A DNA stretch of 61,504 nucleotides from a virus, in the IMG/VR virus record IMGVR_UViG_3300045988_158963, positions 1 to 61,504 of that record; one strand, 5' to 3'. The notes beneath the pieces are model-generated. The model ran no database searches. It had not been told where the DNA came from and was given only the letters and a program-made list of their open reading frames with translations. Positions 25,123-36,088 of the stretch are shown piece by piece; the first letter of the stretch is position 1; every line of letters starts with the position of its first letter. A program made the position numbers and the translations under genes.

Positions 25123-25815
25123 ATGAAGACAAATCAGGAGATGGTACGCTACATTGATAATATTTCAGTGATTCAACGAACAAGTGATGGATATTTTGAC
25201 GGAGGCGAATTACTTCGTCAATGGAATAATGTAGATGAAAATCCAAGAAGACGTATGTCAGAATTTATAGAGAGCCCTAAAACGAAAGAGTTTTTAAAGG
25301 CCCTATCTGTGGATGAAAGCCATAGGCTAAAAACCGACATTGGTGAAAATCAATTGCTTATAAAGACAAAAGGGAGAAACACTAAAGATGGCAAAACTCC
25401 TGATAAAGTTTGGATGAATCCTCTCTTGTTCATCAAGTTTGCCATGTGGATCAATCCAACATTTGAGGTGAAAGTACTACGTTTTGTTTATGACGAGATG
25501 ATCCGATATCGTAATGACGCGGGAGATGCATACAAAGAACTTTCGTCCGCTGTTATGAAAATTGTCCCAAGCCATTTCATGCCGAAAGCAATGCAAAAAA
25601 TAGGAGAGGCGTTAAACTGGATCATTTTTAACTCCCACGAAAAGATGTTACGGAATAAGCATGGAGATGAAGCAAGGTTGCGTGAGTTATGGCAATTAGA
25701 AAAGAAAATTGCTGGCTTGATAGAAGAAGGATTTATATCAACCTATGAACAGTTGATATCATATCTAAGAAAGCTGTATCGTAAAAACTGGGAGCCAAAA
25801 GTACTAACGGTATAA
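25123..25815 (+). CDS. KilA-N domain protein (antirepressor/regulator-like)
   Basis: IQRTSDGYFDGGELLRQWN...VWMNPLLFIKFAMWINPTFEVKVLRFVYD is typical of the KilA-N DNA-binding domain. Confidence 0.6.
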   Translation: MKTNQEMVRYIDNISVIQRTSDGYFDGGELLRQWNNVDENPRRRMSEFIESPKTKEFLKALSVDESHRLKTDIGENQLLIKTKGRNTKDGKTPDKVWMNPLLFIKFAMWINPTFEVKVLRFVYDEMIRYRNDAGDAYKELSSAVMKIVPSHFMPKAMQKIGEALNWIIFNSHEKMLRNKHGDEARLRELWQLEKKIAGLIEEGFISTYEQLISYLRKLYRKNWEPKVLTV

Positions 25816-25895
25816 AACATTTTTTGATAAGTCTTCATATAGATCATGCTGGTCTGTGAAGATAGGCATGAATATTTTTTAACTTGAATTTTGAT

Positions 25896-26480
25896 ATGGC
25901 AAAGTTATACACGAAATGCGATGAGATACCTCTCTGTAGGTTCATAGAGGCATACAATGGGAACTTGAAAGCGTTGATAATTTCCGGGAGGTCTTCGGAC
26001 AAAGAGTTGCGTTTGATTTTCAGTAGAATCATGGATGAATATAACCAAATTATAGAAAATAAAAATCTACAATTCGCAGTTTCTAAACGTTCTTTGATCA
26101 TAAATTATTATACTAAAATATCCATTATATCAGCTATGTTAAATTTTATAAAACTAGGTGAAATAGATAAGATCTCCGATTTGCTCACTATTGTTGACAT
26201 AAAAAATGTGAATATTGAAACAGTTGCGGATGCGGAGAAATTGATAAATAAAATAGAATCCTCATTGGCTTATATTCGGTTAAGATTGAAAATGACTCAA
26301 GAGCAGCTTGATAGTACCAGTCAAATCAATAGAAAAGTAGATTTTACTAAAGAGCGAATGATTTTATCGGCTCATTTCAAAATGCGGATAGATGACAAGA
26401 CATATACTGCGTCAGAATATGCAAACCTTATTAGATTAATGTTGAACGAAATAGAGGAGGTTAAAAAATATGGCAAATGA
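25896..26480 (+). CDS. putative tail assembly chaperone
   Basis: It lies immediately upstream of and overlaps the tape-measure gene. Start moved to ATG 25896 (MAKLYTKCDE). Confidence 0.4.
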   Translation: MAKLYTKCDEIPLCRFIEAYNGNLKALIISGRSSDKELRLIFSRIMDEYNQIIENKNLQFAVSKRSLIINYYTKISIISAMLNFIKLGEIDKISDLLTIVDIKNVNIETVADAEKLINKIESSLAYIRLRLKMTQEQLDSTSQINRKVDFTKERMILSAHFKMRIDDKTYTASEYANLIRLMLNEIEEVKKYGK

Positions 26481-29400
26481 AACAAAAATAACGACAATCG
26501 TTGGAAAGGAGGCTTTTAGCCAGCTTGAAAAACTCGATGATTTAATAGGGAAGGCAAACGATTCGTATTTGATTGCGGCAAGAAATATGGCTAAGGGGTT
26601 GTCTTTTGAGCCTAAAAACATGTCCGAGTTGATTGAAAAGAATAATCAGTACATGGCTTCCCTAAAAGAGATACAGAAAGCTGAAACTGAAATTAATCGA
26701 TTACGTCAAGAGAAGAACAAGGTAATACAGGAAGGGGTTAACGAAGTAATGGCCCAGATCAAAGCCGATCAAGAGGCGGCACGTATAGCTAAGGAAAAAG
26801 CCAAATTGGAAAAAGAGCAGTCGAAAGTATCAAGAGAACTTGCTGCTACAGAAAAGATTAGAAAGAAAACTTCAGAAGATCTAAGTAGGGCTAAACTGGC
26901 TGAAGAACGAGCAACAATGGCAGCATCTAAGGCGGATAAATTACATGCTCAAAATGTGCAGTTGACTTCTGATCAGGTTGAAAACCTAATTTTAAAACTT
27001 GACACAGCAAATCTTTCTTACAAAGAGCAAGCTCGCATATTAAGTCAATTGAAGGCTTATTCCAAAACTCAAGTTGGCGGTATAGATGCAGTTAATCCCA
27101 AAGTGCTTGAGAATATCCAGAAGTTGGATAAACTATTGAAAGAGCAAGATGCTAAAATGGGGGTATATGGCCGAAATGTAGGTAACTATGCTTCTCATTG
27201 GGATGGATTAGGAAAAGCAATCAACCAGTTAAGTCGAGAAATGCCTGCATTTGCAGTATCTATGCAGACAGGATTGCTTGCGATCAGCAATAACTTGCCT
27301 ATTCTAGCTGATGAAATAGCCAGGATACGACGTGAGAATGTCGAATTAACAAAAAGCGGTCAAAAAGCAGTGCCGGTATGGAGGCAGGTCGCTGGGAGTT
27401 TGGTTTCATGGCAAACATTGTTGTCTGTAGGTGTTACGCTGCTGACTGTATATGGAGATAAAATATTTGATTTTGCTGCTAATCTATTTAAAAGCAAGGA
27501 TGCTTCAAAGGCTGCATCTGATGCATTGGAAGACCTTAATTCTACAAGTGGTAAGTTTTTCGATGAGTTGAAAAATTCAGCATCCACCTATGGACAGAAT
27601 GTTGTTTCCATTAAGAAGCTACAGGATGAATGGAATAGTCTGGGAGATAATCTTGATAAGAAGAAGCAATTTATCATTGACAATGAGGCTGAGTTTAAAA
27701 AATTGGATGTTTCTATTTCTAATGTGAATGAGGCAGAGAATTTTTTAGTTAATAATACTGACGCATTTCTGAAGGCGCTTGAGCAAAGAGCGAAATATAC
27801 AGCTGCATCAAAATTAGCAGCAGAGAAATATGCAGAAGCGTTAGAATTAGAAGCAGAAGCAGAAATGAGGGAAAATAATCCTAATTGGTGGGATAAGCTC
27901 AATCCTCATAAAATACTTGACCCAACAGCCGCTTCTATGGCTGCATTAACGGGACAATTTGTTTTCTTTAATGAGTCATCTGAAAAAGCAGGAGATAATG
28001 CAAAAAAAGCAGCAGATGGAATAAGGGAGCAAGCTAAAGCTGCAAAAACGGCGGCTGATATTTATGTAAAAGCAATGTCCGACGCGCAAAAGGAAGAAAA
28101 TAACATACTTGCTAAATCTGGAATCAGTAAATATTTAGAGGAAGAGAGAATAAAACGTGAGGAAGAACGAGCAAAACGTGAAGCTGAACGAAGAATGAAA
28201 CTCGAAATGGAAGCCGAACGGACAATCCAGGAAGCCCGTATAAAACTGATGGATGAAGGTTTTAAAAAAGAGATGGCGACTCGTTATGCCCAATATCAAA
28301 AGAAAATAGATGATGTAAAGACAAAAGGAGTCCGTGTCAATGAGCAGATTGCCGCAATAGAGGCCATGAGAGACAAAGAATTGTCCGATTTTAGGGAAGA
28401 ATACGAGGCCAAACGTGCAATGATTGATGCGCAAAATCGAATTTCCTATGCTAAAAAGGGTAGTTTGCAAGAGCTTGATGTACGACTTGAGATTCTTGAA
28501 CTCCAAAAAGAGGCGGAATTGAAAGAGGCAAAAAAGACAGAAGCAAGCAAATTGGCGATAGAGAATAAGTACTTAAAACTTATAGAAGATGCTTATATGG
28601 AATTTGGTAAAGTACAACTCTCCCGTCAGCAATCTCAAAACGAGTTAGAATTGTCAGATCAGCAGATTTTCTTGAACAAAGAATTATCTATGCTTGAACA
28701 GCAATATTCTAAAGGAATAATCAAGAAACAAGCCTACGAAAAGAAGAAAGCAGATTTGCAATATCAATATGCAGTTCAAGCCCTGCAACAGGAAATTGAT
28801 CTGCTAGAGAAGAGTTTGTACCTGTTTTCTGGAGACGAACGCTTGGAAATGGAGAAAAAAATAGCCCAATTAAGGGTCCAGCTATCAAAAGAAACCACTG
28901 ATAAAATAAATGCAGATGCAGAAAAAGAACTAAAAGAAAGGCAAAAGGTAGAGGAAGCAAAAAAGAAGTTGATTCAAGAAGCTGTAAATGCCATAGCAGA
29001 AATAGGATCTTCTATGTTTGACCGTAGAATACAAGAAATAGAAGCTGAGATTGACGCTAATCAAGAGGCTTATGATAAGAAGGTTGAAGAAATTGATGCT
29101 TTGGCCGAAAAAGATGTTATTACAAAAGAAGAAGCAGAAGCCCGTAAGCGCGTAGCAGAGGAACAATCGTCTGTAAGAAACGCCGAACTTGAAAAGAAAA
29201 AGGCTGATTTGCAAACAAGACAGGCACGATTTCAGAAAACAATAGATATTGCTCAAACTATAGCATCCACTGCGCAAGCTATAATGACCGTATATAAACA
29301 ACTTGGAATATTTGCAGGCCCTATGGCTGCGCTTGTTGCTGCAACGGGTGCTATTCAGCTTGCTACCATTATAGCCCAGCCTATCCCCAAATATGCAAAG

Positions 29401-29778
29401 GGTACTGATTATCATCCCGGAGGTTTGGCTATTGTTGGTGATGCCGGTAAACATGAAGCTGTTATATCTGGAGGTAAAGCGTACATTACTCCTGACACGC
29501 CGACATTGATGCCTATACCTAAGGGGGCAGAAGTTTTGCCAGACATTAACGATCCTGAGTTTTATTCCCGTTTTATGGATAACAGTTATTGGTTGACTCA
29601 TAACAAAGCCGGGGAACGGGTGCAGATAGTGAACCACTTTGATGCAGAAGGCATTATTCAAGCAAGCAATAAGACGAACAACGACCTAAAAAAAGAGATT
29701 CGTTCTTTGGGCAGGATCATATCTAAAGGGCAACGTAGAACAGAATACAACTCGTATAAAAACTCAAAATTGAATTGA
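26470..29778 (+). CDS. tail tape measure protein
   Basis: 1102 aa with long K/E-rich coiled coils, central hydrophobic segments (LLAISNNLPILADE, WQTLLSVGVTLLTVYG), and a C-terminal GTDYHPGGLAIVGDAGKHE. Confidence 0.9.
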   Translation: MANETKITTIVGKEAFSQLEKLDDLIGKANDSYLIAARNMAKGLSFEPKNMSELIEKNNQYMASLKEIQKAETEINRLRQEKNKVIQEGVNEVMAQIKADQEAARIAKEKAKLEKEQSKVSRELAATEKIRKKTSEDLSRAKLAEERATMAASKADKLHAQNVQLTSDQVENLILKLDTANLSYKEQARILSQLKAYSKTQVGGIDAVNPKVLENIQKLDKLLKEQDAKMGVYGRNVGNYASHWDGLGKAINQLSREMPAFAVSMQTGLLAISNNLPILADEIARIRRENVELTKSGQKAVPVWRQVAGSLVSWQTLLSVGVTLLTVYGDKIFDFAANLFKSKDASKAASDALEDLNSTSGKFFDELKNSASTYGQNVVSIKKLQDEWNSLGDNLDKKKQFIIDNEAEFKKLDVSISNVNEAENFLVNNTDAFLKALEQRAKYTAASKLAAEKYAEALELEAEAEMRENNPNWWDKLNPHKILDPTAASMAALTGQFVFFNESSEKAGDNAKKAADGIREQAKAAKTAADIYVKAMSDAQKEENNILAKSGISKYLEEERIKREEERAKREAERRMKLEMEAERTIQEARIKLMDEGFKKEMATRYAQYQKKIDDVKTKGVRVNEQIAAIEAMRDKELSDFREEYEAKRAMIDAQNRISYAKKGSLQELDVRLEILELQKEAELKEAKKTEASKLAIENKYLKLIEDAYMEFGKVQLSRQQSQNELELSDQQIFLNKELSMLEQQYSKGIIKKQAYEKKKADLQYQYAVQALQQEIDLLEKSLYLFSGDERLEMEKKIAQLRVQLSKETTDKINADAEKELKERQKVEEAKKKLIQEAVNAIAEIGSSMFDRRIQEIEAEIDANQEAYDKKVEEIDALAEKDVITKEEAEARKRVAEEQSSVRNAELEKKKADLQTRQARFQKTIDIAQTIASTAQAIMTVYKQLGIFAGPMAALVAATGAIQLATIIAQPIPKYAKGTDYHPGGLAIVGDAGKHEAVISGGKAYITPDTPTLMPIPKGAEVLPDINDPEFYSRFMDNSYWLTHNKAGERVQIVNHFDAEGIIQASNKTNNDLKKEIRSLGRIISKGQRRTEYNSYKNSKLN

Positions 29779-29779
29779 T

Positions 29780-31750
29780 ATGATACGTGTACAGTTATTA
29801 ATAGGCGGAAAGAAATATGAAGCCACCAACGATTTAGTTAATTGGGAAGATGTTGAAATATCGATAAAGAGAAAAGACTTTGGGGGTGTATATAGGACGT
29901 TTGGCGATTCATTTGAGTTTGCCGGTGATTCTTATATGCTCTTGGAGAACGAGTTCTTGACAAACTATCTGAATGCTTCTGCTGTGATAGTCATTGGGGT
30001 ATTGAATAATTCTTGGACATATAATGAGAAGATCCGGTGCAATCTTGATTTTTCTTCATACCAAAATAATGGCAACACTATATCCATAAAGGCTATAGAT
30101 AACAGTGCGGAGGCTATAATCAATGCTAACAAGTCACAGGTGTATGATATCCCTGTTTCAAGTCTCAAATCGGATGAGCTGTATTATGATCGCATGGAGC
30201 TGAACAACAAAGCGGATTTTGTTGTGATACCGACCGAAGAACAGACTGATGAAGGTATTTATAAAATAAGTTTGCCTTCCAATTTTATCTTAGGAGAATA
30301 TAATTTTCCGGTTGGATATACTACAACTAATTTTCCCGTTAAAAACAAAATTGATGTTGGGGACGTTAATATAACAGCTCCAGACAATGCTAATTTTTAT
30401 TCTGGGTATATGATTAAGGCGTTAACTCGCATAAGCATACAATATCGAATGAGTTTTGATGTATATGCTACAATAACAAATGGGAATGCAAGTAAATTGC
30501 GATTGGAAATCGCCAAATATGCAAGGGTGAAAGACGGAGACAAACCTACACCTGTAATAATAGATTCTATATCCATACCTTTTAAGAGTAAAATCAGCAT
30601 AGATAAGGCATATGATGTTGACTTAAAGGAGGGGGATAGAATTATAATGTGGATAGGTCAGGGTGATAGTTATGCCTTTTGGGAGGGAGATGTTATAATG
30701 ACGGTTTCGAATGTAAAAGAAATTAGCGTATCTTATAAAGGTAGAAACGAACCTGTTAATTTCGATGTTTTCACCCCTAATAAATTACTCACCTCCATAC
30801 TGTCCAATATGGGTCTTACCGATATGACCGGAGAAGTAAAGGAAGGTGATATTACGATACCATATATGATAGCAGCGGAAAGTATCAGAGATATCAAGAA
30901 TGCAAAAGTCCATACCTCTTTCAGTAAATTTTCAGAATGGGCAAAAGCATGTCTTGGATATTACTACAAGATAGAAGGCAAGAAGGTTATATTTTGTCAT
31001 TTGACTGAATTATATGATCCAGAGATGGTGAAAGAACTTGAGCATGTGAACGGGCTTGATATCTCAATTGACAACTCCTTGATATGCTCCGGGGTAGATG
31101 TGGGCTATGAGAAGAAAGATTATGATGAAATAAACGGTCGTGACGAATTTCATGTAAAGAACAGCTTTTCGACCGGTATTTCAATCAACGATAACATATA
31201 CAAACTTATTAGCCCTTATCGTGCTGATTGTTATGGAATAGAGTTCTTGGCGCAAAAAAGAGATGAAGAAACAAAGGATGATAGTTCGGATAATGATTTG
31301 TTTTTTGTTGATGCTGTTTCTGTTTTGGATCCTTCTACATCTTCGATAAAGTTAAAATTAAACAGGCAAGGAGATCGGCCTTCCGGAGTATTATTTCCTT
31401 CTTCGGTATTTAATATTGCATATTCTCCAAGAAGGATGTTGCTTGCAAATAAGGATATATTATCATCTTGTACAAGCAGACTTGAGTTTACTGCTTCTGA
31501 AGGGAATGCTGATGCGGTTTTATGGCGGGAAAGTGAAAAGTCCCCCGTTGTATTAGACAGTCGTTATTTTAGAGTTGAAACTCTTAAAGTTGAAACGATA
31601 GGGCTGTCGCCATTTCCTGTTTTATGTGATGGTCTTATATCTTTTAATTATAACGGCAAAAAGTATACCGGTTATGTTTCCGATATAACAGAGTTTCTTG
31701 GTAAGAGACAGACAACGGAATATACTTTGATATGTAAAAATATCGATTAA
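29780..31750 (+). CDS. distal tail/baseplate-associated protein
   Basis: 656 aa, directly after the tape measure gene. Confidence 0.5.
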   Translation: MIRVQLLIGGKKYEATNDLVNWEDVEISIKRKDFGGVYRTFGDSFEFAGDSYMLLENEFLTNYLNASAVIVIGVLNNSWTYNEKIRCNLDFSSYQNNGNTISIKAIDNSAEAIINANKSQVYDIPVSSLKSDELYYDRMELNNKADFVVIPTEEQTDEGIYKISLPSNFILGEYNFPVGYTTTNFPVKNKIDVGDVNITAPDNANFYSGYMIKALTRISIQYRMSFDVYATITNGNASKLRLEIAKYARVKDGDKPTPVIIDSISIPFKSKISIDKAYDVDLKEGDRIIMWIGQGDSYAFWEGDVIMTVSNVKEISVSYKGRNEPVNFDVFTPNKLLTSILSNMGLTDMTGEVKEGDITIPYMIAAESIRDIKNAKVHTSFSKFSEWAKACLGYYYKIEGKKVIFCHLTELYDPEMVKELEHVNGLDISIDNSLICSGVDVGYEKKDYDEINGRDEFHVKNSFSTGISINDNIYKLISPYRADCYGIEFLAQKRDEETKDDSSDNDLFFVDAVSVLDPSTSSIKLKLNRQGDRPSGVLFPSSVFNIAYSPRRMLLANKDILSSCTSRLEFTASEGNADAVLWRESEKSPVVLDSRYFRVETLKVETIGLSPFPVLCDGLISFNYNGKKYTGYVSDITEFLGKRQTTEYTLICKNID

Positions 31751-31775
31751 TGTTGTCTTTATTCTGAATAATTGC

Positions 31776-31846
31776 TACATTTGCAAGCATAGAGCCTAAG
31801 AGCCGTATACGTAGTTAACACTGCGTATACGGCTCTTTTTGTTTGT
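31776..31846 (+). promoter_or_regulatory. late leader element copy 3
   Basis: TACATTTG (31776-83); AGAGCC-TA-AGAGCCGTATACG (31791-811); CGTATACGGCTCT (31824-36); TTTTTGTTTG. Confidence 0.7.
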
Positions 31847-31854
31847 ATAAGCGT

Positions 31855-32754
31855 ATGATAAAAATAAGCAGTGTATCTCCTTTGATATTTGACGTTGAAA
31901 GTACAGGCTTTGAACATTCGATTGATTATGTTCAGAAGTTTGAAAGGGAAGATATACCTATCCTTATACAGATCGTAGATGTTCCAAACAAGACATTTAC
32001 CATGTTACTTGTTGATTTATATAATGGGACTTCATATCAAATATCTCCACAAAAATACGAGATTAACGATTACAACACGTTGTATGAATTTACGATAAAT
32101 CCTTCAAATAATGGGACCTATCAAGTCAGAATAACAAATGATCAGGGAGAGATATCTGTTAGTTTGCCTTTCTGTGTACATAGTTCATCATATACTCCAT
32201 TTACAATGCAAATAGAATATACAAATGCAGATAATCAACAAGCATTTGGGGCTGTATTTGATATATCAGGGAATAAACGTGTATTTAAAACACGTGTAGA
32301 AGGAGGATTTAAATCTGATAGCCGGCAATTAGCTGTTGAAAGTGAACAATTCAGAACTCAAAAGCAAGAACCTATCAATCTATATTCTGTTCCCTATGAA
32401 AAAAGGACACTTACGATTGGTGATAATGAAGGTGTCCCTTTTGAAATGGCCCGGCTTTTAAACAATATCTTTTGCTTGTCTTCTGTGAAGATTGATGGAG
32501 TGTCTTATACCAGAAGTGAATCAAGCGTACCGGAACAACAGGTTATTGCTGAGAGATATCCACAGTTCAATTATACTTTAACGGTGGAATGCTCCGAAAA
32601 TGTTTCTTACAATGGTTTTACCGAATATCCAGATGGATCTGGTATTGTTGGAGAAGTCAGTTTAAACGTTTCTAATGCTAAAGACGGTCAAGTTTTAGTC
32701 TTTGACGGAAACGAAGGAAGTTTTGTTAACCAATCACATCTTGATTCGCTATGA
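31855..32754 (+). CDS. tail-associated hypothetical protein
   Basis: Start moved to ATG 31855 (MIKISSV), because the TTG track start lies in the leader T-run. Confidence 0.5.
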   Translation: MIKISSVSPLIFDVESTGFEHSIDYVQKFEREDIPILIQIVDVPNKTFTMLLVDLYNGTSYQISPQKYEINDYNTLYEFTINPSNNGTYQVRITNDQGEISVSLPFCVHSSSYTPFTMQIEYTNADNQQAFGAVFDISGNKRVFKTRVEGGFKSDSRQLAVESEQFRTQKQEPINLYSVPYEKRTLTIGDNEGVPFEMARLLNNIFCLSSVKIDGVSYTRSESSVPEQQVIAERYPQFNYTLTVECSENVSYNGFTEYPDGSGIVGEVSLNVSNAKDGQVLVFDGNEGSFVNQSHLDSL

Positions 32755-35700
32755 GTATAAAAAAGTTAACAAAACGAATATGGTACGGGTCAGATACTAC
32801 GGTAAACAGTGAAGGGAAAACTGTTGCTGCTGCTCCCCCTATTGCCACTAATGATGGTTCTGAGGATTGGGATTTGAATGGTCTTGTAAGAGGTGAATTA
32901 TATCTCAATGATAATAAAGATGATCCTGCTTTGTTTTGTTTGGGTAGTGATAATTTACCCAAGCGAATAGGAGGTGGTACGGCTTCAGGAGGTGGAGGAA
33001 TTGTAAATATAGATGTAGACGTAAAAGAAGGAAGAGGCATTGATGTAAAAAAAGATTTGATTGGCGAAACTGTTATTTTCACGGTTTCGCATGAAGATAC
33101 ATCTTCAGCAGTTTCAACATCTAATTTTGACGATTTATTTGTCCAAAATATCGGTGTTGATGATTTTGGACATGTAACATCTGTAGAAAGTGCAAGGCTG
33201 GCGACTTATCTTGATGAGCGATATCTTCGCAAAGATATCGACGATACCGCCCACGGGAATATACTTTTTGACAAGAAGATCGGCTCTTCCATTTTCATAG
33301 ACGGCTGGGAAGGTAAAGGCTGGGAGATCCAGAGTACGGGCGCCGCCATATTGGACTCGCTTCGTGTGAGGAGTGATATCTATGTGGGGGGCAATACCGG
33401 ATCGCCAACTTTTGCATCCGGTTTTACCGGTTGGGGATGGCAGATAGACACACCGACGGCCACCGGGGAGATGGACAACCTCTTTATTCGAAAGACATTC
33501 ACTGCTTACGAGATTGTCTATTCCCAGATTTACGGTTTAGGAGGTAGCCAGATTGTTTCTGACATCAACAAAATAGCCAGAGTAGAAGTGATGTCTGACC
33601 GTTATCGCTGTTATATGGACGATATGGATGGTCTTATGCTTATGAACCTGCGTAAGGGTGACGGTGTCAGAATACAGACACGGACGGGAACGACCAGTAT
33701 CAAGTATCTTTTCGGACGTTGTATCGGTGTAGACAGTGACTATTTTGATATAGCTATTCCTCTGATAGAAGGGACAGGGCAACCGGAAGCCGGAGATTTT
33801 GCCCTTCGTTGGGGTAACAATGAAGATACAGACCGGCAGGGATTGATATATCTAACAACGGCCGATAGCGGTGCGCCATTTATCGATGTGTACGATGGTA
33901 TTACTGATGCCAGCACCGAAGGCAAGTTGAAAGCCCGTATTGGACATCTGACAGGAATCAGGACACAGAGAGGCGATCAGTTGTCTGGTTATGGGGCTTA
34001 TTTGAACGGGATATACGTTGAAAACTCGACATTCATTCTTCAAAATGGAGATACCATTGAGCAGACCTTTATTGCCATGAACGGCAAGTTTGAAAGCCTT
34101 ATTGATGGCATCCGTAACGACATATCCGCAGAAGGTGGTAACATCCTTGTAAACTCTTCTTTCAGCCAGAATACAAACTATTGGACAGCCGCAAATAACG
34201 TTCATTTTATCAACGTAGGTGGAGAATATCTTTGGCTGGACGGTAGCTTCTATGTAGAAAAGGATCAAGTTGCCGATGTTTATAATGACAACGGTCAAAA
34301 CGTTCTGCGAATAAGGAACACGTATATCCTTCAGCAGAATGCTATAATGAATATCCCGGATCACACGGAAGAAGAAGAAAAGACGTATTCTTTCTCTTTG
34401 TTCTATAAGGTGCTCCGTCCCGGTTCTTGCGGTTTCGGTATCCCGGGAACCGAGTTGTATCATGAAGAACAGCTACCGGAAAGCGACAGCTATCAAAAGC
34501 TGTCTAAGGTCGGGAAATGGAACGGGAAAGGTGATTTTGAACTGAGGTTCACTGGTGAGATACTTATTTATGGTGTAGGGCTGTTTTCTGATGAGATTGC
34601 GGATGCTATTGTCAAGTTGCAGACACAGATCGACCAGACAGACGAATACATCAAACTGTTGGCGACAAAAGATTATGTAGATAATGAGACGGGAGAAATC
34701 TATGTGCACTTTGACAGTCAGTTGCAGATTACCGCAGAACAGATGTCCGGTATATCTACGAAGGTGGATAATATCAACAATACGATAGAAAGTGCCGGAT
34801 GGATCACACAGGCGGATGCAGTTTCTCTGTTTGCATCGAAAAATGATTTAAAAACACTTGAAACATCGGTTGCAGACCTGTCCGTGGAGTATGATCAGAT
34901 ATCTTCGGCCGTAGGAACAAATACTCAAGGCATAAAAGATGCAGCAGATTTAGCAAATAAAGCTTTTGAATGCGGTTTGTATTCACAGGAACAATATTCC
35001 CAAACAAATGATCCTTGGCAATCTTGGCCATCAGGTCAGGAATTTAAACACGTAGGAGCATTGTGGTATAATCCGTCGACAAAAATAACAAAGCGGTATA
35101 TCGGTGTAAACGGAACGCAGTCATGGGAAACGGTTAACGACAATGCTGTATCGGCTGCATCTTTTGTCTTGCAAAATAAAGATAAATGGCGGGTTGTCGT
35201 TGCTAATTTTGATGCCGACGGTAATCCTACGGAAGAATCCGGAATAATGACGACCGCTTATGGTAATAATTTATATGCCAGGAAAGATAATATTATATCA
35301 TCTATAAATCAATCTCCTGAAAGTATTACACTTGAAGCATCCAAGATAAATCTTAAAGGTGCAACTCAAATTGGATCGTTTACCATAACTGAATATGGCT
35401 GGTTTAAATGCAATGCAAGTCCGGGAAAAGATGTTGGATATATAGATATGATAGGGGAGAATACTCGTATTGCTTTTGGGCGCAATTTAGCTTCTTTGTC
35501 GACTGGAGGTTCGTTTACTTGCACGGCTATTATAAAGAACCATAATAAGGCCAGTTTTGGTGGAACGACATATGGGCTTTCGGTATCTGCTTCTGGGGAT
35601 GCTAGCACAGATGTTAAGCCTATTGCTGTAGATTGTGACGGAGGACTTCGTGTCAAAGGAAATTTCGGGATCATAGAGGATGTGTTTACTGGACCTAATA

Positions 35701-36077
35701 TTGCTCCAAGCAATAGCAGTTTTTCATCGGCTAAGAATTTGCGAAATCAAAGGACTTATATATATCAACCTACATCAGATATAACAGTCAATCTGCCGAG
35801 TGATAGCGCAATAAAATCTGAATTTGGCTATTTTAATTCAGGACATGCAGTTGTTGATAACTCTGCCATTATTATCATTTTATTGGTGACAAAATGGGCT
35901 ACAGGGAGAATATATGTCGCAGCTAAAGGAGGAACAAATAATAATATCATAAATGAAAATGGAGATACTATAAATGAAGCGTCTGGAAGCAATACTGGTT
36001 TCTGGATGGGTAAAGGTGATTCCGCTATTTTGATGTATTTCAATAAGAATTGGTATATAATAAATAGAAACTCATAA
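32751..36077 (+). CDS. large tail fibre / host-specificity protein
   Basis: 1108 aa with an ATGA overlap to the upstream gene. It sits in the distal tail module. Confidence 0.6.
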   Translation: MSIKKLTKRIWYGSDTTVNSEGKTVAAAPPIATNDGSEDWDLNGLVRGELYLNDNKDDPALFCLGSDNLPKRIGGGTASGGGGIVNIDVDVKEGRGIDVKKDLIGETVIFTVSHEDTSSAVSTSNFDDLFVQNIGVDDFGHVTSVESARLATYLDERYLRKDIDDTAHGNILFDKKIGSSIFIDGWEGKGWEIQSTGAAILDSLRVRSDIYVGGNTGSPTFASGFTGWGWQIDTPTATGEMDNLFIRKTFTAYEIVYSQIYGLGGSQIVSDINKIARVEVMSDRYRCYMDDMDGLMLMNLRKGDGVRIQTRTGTTSIKYLFGRCIGVDSDYFDIAIPLIEGTGQPEAGDFALRWGNNEDTDRQGLIYLTTADSGAPFIDVYDGITDASTEGKLKARIGHLTGIRTQRGDQLSGYGAYLNGIYVENSTFILQNGDTIEQTFIAMNGKFESLIDGIRNDISAEGGNILVNSSFSQNTNYWTAANNVHFINVGGEYLWLDGSFYVEKDQVADVYNDNGQNVLRIRNTYILQQNAIMNIPDHTEEEEKTYSFSLFYKVLRPGSCGFGIPGTELYHEEQLPESDSYQKLSKVGKWNGKGDFELRFTGEILIYGVGLFSDEIADAIVKLQTQIDQTDEYIKLLATKDYVDNETGEIYVHFDSQLQITAEQMSGISTKVDNINNTIESAGWITQADAVSLFASKNDLKTLETSVADLSVEYDQISSAVGTNTQGIKDAADLANKAFECGLYSQEQYSQTNDPWQSWPSGQEFKHVGALWYNPSTKITKRYIGVNGTQSWETVNDNAVSAASFVLQNKDKWRVVVANFDADGNPTEESGIMTTAYGNNLYARKDNIISSINQSPESITLEASKINLKGATQIGSFTITEYGWFKCNASPGKDVGYIDMIGENTRIAFGRNLASLSTGGSFTCTAIIKNHNKASFGGTTYGLSVSASGDASTDVKPIAVDCDGGLRVKGNFGIIEDVFTGPNIAPSNSSFSSAKNLRNQRTYIYQPTSDITVNLPSDSAIKSEFGYFNSGHAVVDNSAIIIILLVTKWATGRIYVAAKGGTNNNIINENGDTINEASGSNTGFWMGKGDSAILMYFNKNWYIINRNS

Positions 36078-36088
36078 AAAAAATCATT

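Noticed and set aside
28930-29661. A 243-aa minus-strand ORF, plus ORFs 27360..27902, 28135..28506 and 28721..28960, all antisense to the tape measure gene.
   Set aside because: The sense strand is dominated by AAR/GAR/GCN codons, whose complements rarely form stops. The translations are low-complexity (F/L/S/C-rich) and have no start context. They are shadow ORFs.
33852-34463. A 203-aa minus-strand ORF and neighbouring antisense ORFs inside the 1108-aa tail fibre gene.
   Set aside because: It lies fully inside a well-supported long CDS on the other strand. It has no promoter or initiation signals and its composition is not protein-like.
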